Below are positions 13,201 through 22,644 of a DNA stretch of 64,000 nt, one piece after another. Origin of the DNA: Azolla caroliniana. Taxonomy: Eukaryota; Plantae; Polypodiophyta. The DNA lies in contig JBHGNT010000014.1 in NCBI GenBank assembly GCA_043228905.1, positions 5,456,001-5,520,000 of the forward strand. Direction: 5' to 3'. The translations under genes were made by a program, and so were the position numbers. Position 1 is the first letter of the stretch, and each line of letters begins with the position of its first letter. The notes beneath the pieces are model-generated. The model worked only from the letters and a program-made list of their open reading frames with translations, was not told where the DNA came from and did not search any database.

Positions 13201-13458
13201 GACACTACGCAATAACGCGTAGATTCCGCAACCGTGCACTACGCAATAACGCGTGGATTCCGCAACCACGCAACAAAGCCGCGAAGAAAGCCGCAAGCCG
13301 AAGCACAGACTTCGCAACTACACAACGTAAGCTAGAGCACGGATTCCACAACTCCGCATACATGCGAGTCGACACGAGTTGACGCGGACTCCAGAACGCG
13401 AGTTGAAGCGGATTTCGGATACAATCTGAAACCGACCCGACTTGAGCTTGAGGGGGCG

Positions 13459-13851
13459 TGTTGAGAATCAAGCTCAACTTGGTCTAGTGTGTGAACTCCC
13501 CTTGAGAGTGAAGAGACACTCCAACGGTCAAGAGTCACCATTATGTCACCAATTTGTATTCTAGCATTTAGTATGAGTCATAGAATCATATTCTATGACA
13601 CATAACTTATGAGCTTTCACATTCCCCATGCTCCATGAGGCTTGTAGTTAATGAAGAGAGAGGATGACTACATAAAGCACCCTCCTCCCACCTTGTATCA
13701 TGTTGAGTCTTTGTCCTTTGCTAATATATATTTTTACCTTGCGTATTCTCTGTGTATTACTCCTTGTCTCTTTCACACACACTCTCTCTCTCATACACAC
13801 ACAATTCACACCTATTCTGCTTCACAAGAATCCATCTCTTGATTCTTTACA
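13459..13851 (+). repeat. 3' LTR of copia B (393 bp)
   Basis: TGTTGAGAATC...TTTACA directly after PPT TGAGGGGGCG. Confidence 0.85.
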
Positions 13852-13852
13852 G

Positions 13853-14627
13853 GTCCAAACAACCTACCAAACCCAATTGGTGAGCTATGAAGTGCAGGCT
13901 CAGGCTACCGCCACCCTCATTAAGAAGTTGAAGGAGGACAAGCAAGATGTGGAGGACAAGACAAAGCTCGGAGTGTGCTGGATCCAGGCAATGGTGAAGG
14001 CATGGAAGGACTGGACAAAGAGGAATATCAATGACAACTCGGTGGGTTGGTGGACTCAATGGTCGCGACAAGCGGCGGAATTATAGGTCCTCCGGGCAGA
14101 TGCAGAAAACCGGAATAAGTCCGACGACAACTTTTACAAGATGGATGAAGAAAGTATTGTCACTATCTGGGAGGAGTTGGCAGATGACTTCTTTTCCTTG
14201 GCTGGAGCCCACCTCGAAGCCATCTGGAGGATGATTGAAAGACTTGATGATGATCAACTCGGAACACAACTCTAGTTTGAGCGATTCGAATTGGAGCGCC
14301 GACGGCTGGAAGAAGAAAAATAGACGACGGCAATAAATATAAGTGATGAGGAGTAGATTGCAGAATGAACCGCAACAGGAGGAGCTGTCAAATGAAGCCG
14401 AAGGAGAACCAAGGGAACCTAGTGCGGACTAGAACCAAGCGACCAGGTCGGAGCAACGAGCAGGAACCGGAAATAGAGAGAATGTTGTAACCGACATAAG
14501 AACGGAGATGCCTCAGCCAGAAGAAGTCAAAGAGCAACAACATGTGCAACAAGAGCAATAGTAGTAGAACGAAGAACCACTCAAAACCCTGGACTAGAGC
14601 ATATTGGACATACTCAACAAGGAGTGA
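13853..14627 (+). pseudogene. Extra-ORF C-terminal part (coiled coil, WWxxW domain, Q/E-rich tail)
   Basis: Homology to ORFs 48626-48941 and 48242-48517. Confidence 0.75.
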
Positions 14628-14639
14628 CAGAGCTAACCC

Positions 14640-14679
14640 GTGGGTTCAACGTACAATGTAATGTTCCATGGGCGTGCCA
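14640..14679 (+). promoter_or_regulatory. tRNA-Arg(UCU) 3'-end-like sequence at the PPT position (inverted second PBS)
   Basis: GTGGGTTCAA-N13-GTTCCATGGGCGTGCCA, then TG, then LTR start TGTTGG at 14682. Confidence 0.7.
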
Positions 14680-14681
14680 TG

Positions 14682-16813
14682 TGTTGGCTAGAGTATGGAG
14701 AACAAGTGGGGGACGAGTCGGGAATGGAAAATTAGTATTAGTAAATAATTAGTTTAATTATGATAGGAACGGATGGATCCAGAATAGTTGCACCGATCTG
14801 GATCCGGACCGATTCGTGACCGGTTGTCGGTATGACACCGGTTTGTAATAAGAATCAGATGCCTATAAAAGGATTCAGAAAGCAATGTAATGAAGGTGAA
14901 AGTAATATAAGTCTGAGTTTGAATTCAGTATTGTGTATCTTGTTTACTACCGTTTGTGCTTAATCTTCTATCTTACGCGTGTTAAGAAAATAGTGTTATA
15001 TCTCGATTCCGTAGCCGATCAGGTAATAGTTGGATCAAGATCATATCTGTGCCGGTTAACATCCTACCCGTAACCACCCCTTTGGTGAAGTGATCCAGAA
15101 GGGGAACAGAAATTAGTATTAGTAATTAATTAGTTTAATTATGATAGGAAAGAACAGATTCGGAATAGTTGCACCGATCCAGATCCAGACCGATTCGTAG
15201 CAGGTTGCCGGTATGACACTGGTTTGTAATCAGAACCGGATGCTAAGCAATGTAATGAAGGTGGAAGCAATATAAGTCTGAGTTGGAATTCAATATTGTG
15301 TATCTTGTTTACTACAGTCTGTGTTTAATCTTCTATCTTACGCGTGTTGAAAATAGTGTTATATTTCTGCACTTATTTATTGTTATTTGCACAGGACCTT
15401 GGTGGATTTTAGCGGTAATAGGCGAGAATCTTGAGATAATCAGAGATAGCAAGATGGTGGATGGGGACATGAGGAAGCTGGTTTTCTGTTTTTGTGATCA
15501 GGATGAGTGATGTTGGTGTGGGGGTTGAAGCAGATTATTATGAGAAGGTGAGGAATTTTTTTTCACTGATTTTTGGCTGTCAGTACAGGATCGCGGTAAT
15601 CGGTGTGATGGCAGGAGGGTCAACGAGATGCTCCAGATATGGGCATAGTTAAGAAGATAGTATGGTTCTCATAGGTTGTGGGATGATGGCAATGGGGTTT
15701 GAAGCATGTTTGTCATGACGAGAGGATGAGTGGTGTTGGTGTGAGGGTTGAAGAAGATCATGAGGGGATGAGGAATCATTTTTCACTTATTTTTTTGTTA
15801 TTTGCACAGGACATTGGTGGTATTCAACGCGATGGTCGATGTGGACTGAATGAAGCAATTTGTCTGTTTTTAAGAGTGATGATGGTGGGGGGGACCGAAG
15901 TAGATCATGAGGGTATGAGAATCACACTAGACACATTTTGTTGTTATGTGTACAGGACCTTGGTAGTAAGCGGCGAGATGGTTGATGCAGACCAAATGAA
16001 GCATAATTTTGTTTACTGTTAAGGTTGAGTGAAGATGGTGTGGGGATCGAAGTAGATGGTGTGAGGTGAGGAGGACATAGTTCATCTTATTTTATAGGGA
16101 GATTAATTACAAGTACATTTTCAATTTTCGTGGAGATGAAGGACATGGTCATCTTGATATGGGAGATGATAGATGGGGGGGGGGGGCTATCCAAGGCGGC
16201 CCATCACGTTTTACCCCAAGCATCAGGTGCATCATGGACTACTTTTGTGTCTTCAATTGCTCTGCACCAAACATTTGTCAAATAGCATCACCTAGTGGAT
16301 AGCCAAGTGATGGTGAACAACTTCAGTATATGCGGAACCAAATGCAAACATGGAGTTTTTAGACTACTAGCTAGGGTGGACAACCATGGTATGTTGACTA
16401 GGATTACCACTAAGATATGTAAAGATATGTATTCTCTTAGACTGTAGAAATTTTTTTATATGTTGAGAATGGGTCTTGTTGGCAAAGGCTAACAAAGTTT
16501 TCATGGATATAAATAGCCTTATCTTGCTAAATGCCATTGGTTATATTTGGTCCTTTTTATGATAGTTACTTGTGGAGTGGAAACTATTATGTACAATTTG
16601 TAGATTGCCTTTGGCATTGTTAATTTTAACACCAATGGAGTATAGTTTTTATGGAAAAAAAATAGTGTTATATTTCGATTCCGTAACCGATTAGGTAATA
16701 GTCGGATCAGGATCATATTTGTGCCAGTTAACATCCTACCCGTAACCACCTCTTTGGTGAAGTGATCCAAAAAGACATCCTGTGTTTGTGGCTAGTTCGG
16801 CCCAGGATAATCA
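14682..16813 (+). repeat. 3' LTR with internal tandem duplication and a 1.3-kb insertion
   Basis: 14727-15108 is repeated at 15109-15367 and resumes at 16659; ends GGATAATCA. Confidence 0.7.
15368..16658 (+). mobile_element. Unclassified insertion flanked by an 18-bp direct repeat (TPRT-like)
   Basis: AAAATAGTGTTATATTTC at 15350-15367 and 16659-16676; short A-run at the 3' end; degenerate internal repeats. Confidence 0.55.
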
Positions 16814-17228
16814 GTCAAGAGTTACACCACTACTCTCTACACATTACCATGTGTCATAGAATCATATTTTATGACACATAACTAATGAGTTCCATATTCC
16901 CCATGACTATGAGTCTGCACATTCCCCAAGAGAGAGTAGTTGTTGTAGTAAGTTAATGAAGAGAGAGGGTGACTTTATATAAAGCACCCTTCTCCTACTT
17001 CATAGTGTGTCGGTTATGACTCCTTGTAATGCTACATTTTGTAATTGGTATTCTCCTTGTGAGTATACACCTTCTTCTTGAGTATATCATTTTTGTCTTG
17101 CTTATCTAGTATCTTATGTTTCTCTTCTCTCCTCTCTTCTCTCATGTATACACACATACGCACATACGCACATACGCACATAACACACATCTCTTCCGTT
17201 GCACAAGAATCATATTCGATTCTTTACA
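16814..17228 (+). repeat. Copia-B-family LTR remnant (3' part)
   Basis: GTCATAGAATCATATT..ATGACACATAAC and GATTCTTTACA end shared with 13459-13851. Confidence 0.75.
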
Positions 17229-17288
17229 ATAAATATAACTAGGGCAACACTATTTTTGTGTTGTTGTTGATATAGAGAAGTTGTATAG

Positions 17289-17315
<27 letters not shown>
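17289..17315. repeat. (AC)n microsatellite, possibly the LINE tail
   Basis: 13 AC units near the 3' end of the LINE fragment. Confidence 0.8.
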
Positions 17316-17321
<6 letters not shown>

Positions 17322-18262
17322 TATATTAACATCTTCTAAGGCCAAAATTGGCCCATGAGACAGTTGGTTTACAACAAAAAATGGGTATTTATCCAATCAT
17401 CAAAACTAAAATAAAAGTAAAGTAAATATAGCTTAACCTAAAAGAGTTCTCATAGTGTACAAAACATGGTATACTTGATAAAAAAGAGGTGACTTTGCAC
17501 TAAGCCTAATTTCATTTCCACCCAAGCCTCTCGAAAATAAGTGCGAGGTCAAAGGGGTTTGGTGTGGGTGTGACCCATGGTCCCGGTGTATAGAGTGCCC
17601 CAACCATGGCTTCTAGGCGGTGTAGCTCACGTTCCCTTATTTTCTTTATTGCTTCTACATCACGTCGAGTTGCTTTGAAACCCGACGTCCGAGGGCGTTT
17701 GGTTCTTCTTTGATTTTCTGCTTCATCAAGGAAAAGCCTGAGTGGTGTAGGTGTGTTGACATTCGTTGTCTCCCCTTGTTCCTGAAAAACTTCATTTGTT
17801 ACATGTTGGTAAACATTAGCAACATTATTGTCAACATTTTGTAACTTATTCTCTCTGTGTTGTTTCAATTCTAGGATGTATCTGCCTAATACCTTTATAT
17901 CTAGTGTATCTAATAGTTTAGGGAGGGTGGGAGAGGAACCAAGTATGTCTTGGTATTTTTCCCTTATCTCAGCATAGGTGGGACATTTGCATGTAAAGTG
18001 GTACTCATCCTCTATCTCTATGTGGCATAACCTACATATCCTTTCCTCCCTAAGGACTCCATTAGAACGTCCATTCTCAATCTCAAGTTGGTGAGATGAT
18101 ATTCTAAGTTGACCAATGACAACCCTTAATGCATTTGGTAAGAATACATCTAGATATTTTGGCCACGTAATAAAACCCAAGTTAGAGAAGTGCATGAACT
18201 GTTCCTTATAGTACAACATTTTAGATGCCAGTGGCTCTAGTGGGGTGATCCATTTATAACGA
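17316..18262 (-). mobile_element. 5'-truncated non-LTR retrotransposon (RTE-X-like C-terminus); boundaries approximate
   Basis: ORF 17512-18219: QLRISSHQLEIENGR...EERICRLC...EDEYHFTCKCPTY, a post-RT CCHC zinc-finger signature. Confidence 0.75.
17512..18219 (-). pseudogene. LINE ORF2 C-terminal zinc-finger region
   Basis: CxxC-x7-H-x4-C motif preceded by RxSSHxLxIExGR. Confidence 0.75.
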
Positions 18263-21200
18263 GTCTACAACTGAGTCTTAGGTCACTTCTTCGAAGGATC
18301 AAACACAGAAATGGGAATGGAGATGAATATTTGTACACCAAAAGAAAATACACAAAATGTTTATGCGGAAAACCCTAATAGGGAAAAACCACGGGAGCCC
18401 ACAAACTCCAAACTATCACTATATGAGAAAGGTACAATCCGAAACTTGGAGGCAACGACCTCGAGCTCTGTTTCTTCGCCAAGCCGCGGTTACAACAGAG
18501 TATCGCTTTGTATCTCCTCTCTCTCTCTCTCTCTCTCTGTTACTCTCTATACAACAATATGACTACAACTACACACACTCTATATCTCACTAAAGTGATT
18601 TTCCTAAGTCATATTTATACTTATATGAACTTAGGGCTATTTACAAATATAGCCTCAATAGGCTTAGTCAAAACATATTTACAAATATGTCTTCTCTTCC
18701 TGTTCTCACCGGGTCCATCTGATCCGGTTTCCGGATCTCCTCCGGTTCTCATCGGGTCCATCCGATCCGGCTTCCGAATCTCTTCATTCATAACCGGATC
18801 CCATCCGGAGGGACCGATTTCCCAACAAACTCCCCCTTCACTTCGGCATGGGATGTCTCATCAGCCCGATCCGCTTTTGGCATGCATCCAACTTGTTGAT
18901 CGTCAACACCTTGGTCAGCATATCCGACCCGTTCTCCTCCGTGTGAATCTTCGTCAACACGAACTCTTGATCTTCTACTCTCTGCCGGATCCAGTGGTAC
19001 CTCCGCTGGATATGTTTCGTCCGGGAATGGTAGGCCGCGTTCTTTGCAATGGCAGTTTGACTGTCGTAGTAGAGCTAGTATTCCTCCTGTTGGATCCCTA
19101 GCCCTTCGATGAAGTCCTTCATCCAGATTATCTCCTTGCCAGCTTCTACAATTGCCATGTACACCGCCGCCTCCGTGGTTGACAATGCAACCGTCTTCTG
19201 CAGGCTCGACTGCCATGAAACAACTCCCCTTGCATAAATCATGACATATCCGAATGTAGACCGGCTGGTATCCACATCAACCGACATATCTGAATTCGTG
19301 AATCCATCAAGGTTGGGATTACCGGAGCCGAACCAGAGGCACATACTCGTGGTGCCTTTCAAATACCGGAGTATCCACTTGACTGCGTTCTAGTGCTCTC
19401 TTTTGGGATTGGTCATGAACCAGCTCACCACTCTGACTGCATATCCGATATCCGGTCGGGTACATACCATCGCGTACATCAAGCTTCCGACGACAGAGGC
19501 ATATGGTATCTTCATCATATCTGTCTTCTCTGCCTCCTTTGTCCTTAGACTTTGTTTTTTGGATATCTTGGAGTTTGTCGGAAGTGTCAATCCGATCGGT
19601 TTCGCGTTCGACATGTTGAACCGTTGAAGCACCTTTGTCACGTACTTCTCCTGTGACAACAACAACAACAGCTTCTTCGACCAGTCCCGGATGATGTGCA
19701 TTGCCAATATCTGTCTTGCCGAACCCAAGTCTTTCATTGAGAAGGTCCTATTCAGAGCCTTCTTCAGCATCTGAATCTTGCCTTGGTCTCATCCGGCGAT
19801 CAACATATCATCCACATATAGGAGTATTAGGAAATCTCCTCCGTCAAATTTCTTCACAAACACGCAGTGATCGGCCTACGTCTTGTGGTACCCTTGGCCG
19901 GTCATGAAGGAGTCGAACTTCCGGTACCATTGCCGGGGAGTTTGCTTCAGTCTGTATAAGCTCTTTTTCAGCCGGCACACCAGGTGCTCCCTCCCTTTCT
20001 TCTCAAATCCTTCCGGTTGATGCATGTAGATCTCCTCTTTGAGGTCACCATGGAGGAATGTCGTCTTGACGTCCAGTTGCTCTACCTCGAGATTCAATGC
20101 TTGCCGCTATGCCCAATATCGTCCGGATGGATGTCATCTTTACTACCGGGGCAAAGATCTCATCGAAGTCCACTTCTTTCTTCTATTGGAAGCCCTTCAC
20201 CACGATTCGGGCCTTATACCTTGGTGGATTTCCAGCATCTCCCGGTTTCAGCTTGTACACCCACTTGTTCCGGAGTGCTCTTCTCCCTTTCGGTAACTCG
20301 GTCAGTTCATATGTGTGGTTCTCATGCAAGGAATCCATCTCATCCTGCATGGCACTCAACCACTTGCGGTTGTGGGTGTCTCTCTTTGCTTCTTCGAAGC
20401 TTTCCGGCCCCCCCTCATCGGTTAGCAACACATGCTCTGCATCCGGAAATCTCCGGGGGGCTCTTCTCTCTCGGAGAGGATATCTCCGTCCTTGGTTTCT
20501 GATTGCCATTTCCTCCGTTTGTTCCTCATTCTCATCCGATTCGGGATCTTGTCCGGTTCCAGTTTCTTCTTCTTCTTCTTCTTCTTCTTCTTCTTCTTCT
20601 TCGGTAGGTACGGTTTCTTGTCCGTATCCGACCGGTACGTCGAGTGTCATCCGGTTACTGTCTAGCGTCCGGTTTTCAACCGAGTAAGTCCTTCTGTCCT
20701 CAAGCCGGTTTTCATTGAATGATCCGGAGGTCATCACCTTCTTCTCCGACTCCCATTCGGAAATGGTCTTGACTTCCATGAAGACTATGTCTTGACTCTG
20801 GAACACCTTCTTGTCGACCGGATACCACACCTGGTAACCAAACTCATCATCGTTGTATCCAAGGAATATGCATGGCCTGGACTTCGGATCCAGCTGTGCT
20901 CTCTTGTCCTTTGCAACATGCACATATGTGAGTCACCCGAACACCTTCAGATGCCGGTAAGATACTTCTTTACCGGTCCATACTTTTTACGGTGAGTCTC
21001 TTTCCAAGGGTGCTGAGGGTGATCTGTTTATCACATAGGTTGTCGTCGTCAGCGCCTTAGCCCAAAACATTGTCGCGGTAATCCGCGCACGCGTGTTGGA
21101 TCTAGGGCGAGACCACAGGGGTCTTGGACCAGAGAGAGACGGAGCATGGAATGTCGAGCTTCACTGTTTCCCACGACTGACCAGGACACCAACTAGAGCG

Positions 21201-22644
21201 TTTCAGGATACGTACCCGGAGCAACCGAATGAGAGAGGGAAAAGGGCACACACGCAACACTGACTAGACACACACATCCTATGTACAAAAACTAGAAAGA
21301 AGGAACTCCAAAGACACCGACACAGACACAGATGCACAGAATTTCACTATATATATATATAAGAGCAAGATACAACTCCGGCCTTAAGCCGAACCAAGGT
21401 AGATTAGGTTACAACAATGTTCTGCTGCCAAGTCGCCGATCGGGGAGCTCACGGGCTAGTGCCGCCGAGCGGGGTCTTGCACAGGAGACAGAGCGAAAGC
21501 GAAACCCCCTTTTGACATATGAGTTGTAAACCAAACTAAACCCTAAATAGACATGAAGACTCAACCCACATGATGACAAAGAAGAAGACCTAGATGAAAC
21601 CCTAAAGAAAGGAAGGAAGGAAGGAAGGAAGAAAGAAAGAAGAGAAAAGCTACCTTACTTTAGAACTAAATGGGCAACCCCTTCACAAGAGACCCCTCCC
21701 TTCCTTTTATAGCCCAAGGAGGGAGGGACATTACAATGTGGGATAAATTCTCCCCCTTATTCTATACACCATTTTCCTACTATACATGTGCACATGTTGC
21801 ACATTGTTAACTAGCCCATTCCATCCCGGTTTCACACCAAAACCGAAAATCTTCACGACAACATCTTGGGTAACTTTGCATGTGATAGCATGCTCCGGAA
21901 CCTCTCCATTATGGTCCAGTTCATCCTTTCAATCAGACCATTTAGTTCCAGTGTCTTCGGCACGGTGAATTCAAGCCGGATTCCCTTCGACTGGCAGTAC
22001 TCCTTGAACTGCCCCCGGTATTCTCCTCCATTGTCCACTCAAACCGCCTTCAGTTTCGGTTGGTTTCTCTTTCCACTCTCGCGTGGAATTCCTTGAAGAC
22101 GGATAGCACCTAATCCTTCGTCTTCAACGGTGAGACCCACAACTTCCGGCATGTGACTTCGTGTCCACTTGACACACATCGGTATGCACCAACTACAGTG
22201 CTGCAGTCTGTCTCATCGGTGGTCTTGACTGGAAGGAGGTTCGGTTTTGCTTGCCGGCCAAGCAATCGGTGCACTTCTCAAGTTGCACGTCCTTTACCGG
22301 AATGAGGTTGACTTCAGGAAGCCTCTTCATCCCCTTCTTACTTATGTGACACAACCTCTTGTGTCACAGCTAACCGACAATGTCGGATGCTATGTTCCCT
22401 TCTTCCCGGCATATTCGGGCATTCATCAAGTACAGTGTGTTGACCTTCCGGGCTCGAGCCACTATTAGGCTCCCTTTGCAGAACTTCATGACTCCGTTCC
22501 GGATGCTACCCGTCTAGCCTTCATAATCTAGTCGACCGACTGATATAAGGTTCAGTCGAACCTCCAGAACGTGCCAGACATCCTTCAATAGCAACTTGCA
22601 TCCAGTTGATGTTGTCAACAACACATATCCTATGCCAATAATTC
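18263..22644 (-). mobile_element. Degenerate copia C (A family): 3' LTR about 18263-18827, PPT, RH, RT, INT; 5' part lost
   Basis: PPT TGAAGGGGGAGTT beside 18827; ORFs 19075-19362, 19390-19770, 19876-20097, 20183-20923. Confidence 0.9.
21071..21860 (-). repeat. Solo LTR of the tRNA-Trp gypsy family, 4-bp TSD ACAT
   Basis: ACAT-TGTCGCGG...CACGACA-ACAT; homologous to 6386-7192. Confidence 0.92.

Larger units (their letters stand above)
4234..13851 (+). mobile_element. Ty1/copia element B (gag C-terminus to 3' LTR), interrupted by a gypsy at 6386-11671
   Basis: WFVDSGASNHMT protease, LWHKRIGH pre-integrase, DVWGP/FIDDFSR integrase, ILYVDDL RT, YTDADWAG RNase H, PPT 13449-13458, LTR 13459-13851. 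Confidence 0.95.
13852..16813 (+). mobile_element. 3' end of a tRNA-Arg gypsy family element (extra-ORF C-terminus, tRNA-like site, rearranged 3' LTR)
   Basis: Translation QTTYQTQL...GWWTQWSRQAAEL...ILDILNKE* is homologous to 48242-54540 (minus); LTR blocks are homologous to 47728-48187. Confidence 0.85.

Noticed and set aside
13700-14086. 128-aa hydrophobic-leader ORF as a host or env gene
   Set aside because: Chimeric: LTR sequence fused by chance to the extra-ORF remnant. The same applies to 48626-49102.
17279-18272. Inverted repeat AGTTGT(AT)AGAC / GTCTACAACT flanking the LINE fragment as TIRs
   Set aside because: Short and imperfect, with no TSD; likely chance or a pre-existing hairpin.
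20563-20601. (TTC)n run
   Set aside because: Poly-Glu slippage in the INT-RT linker of a dead element.
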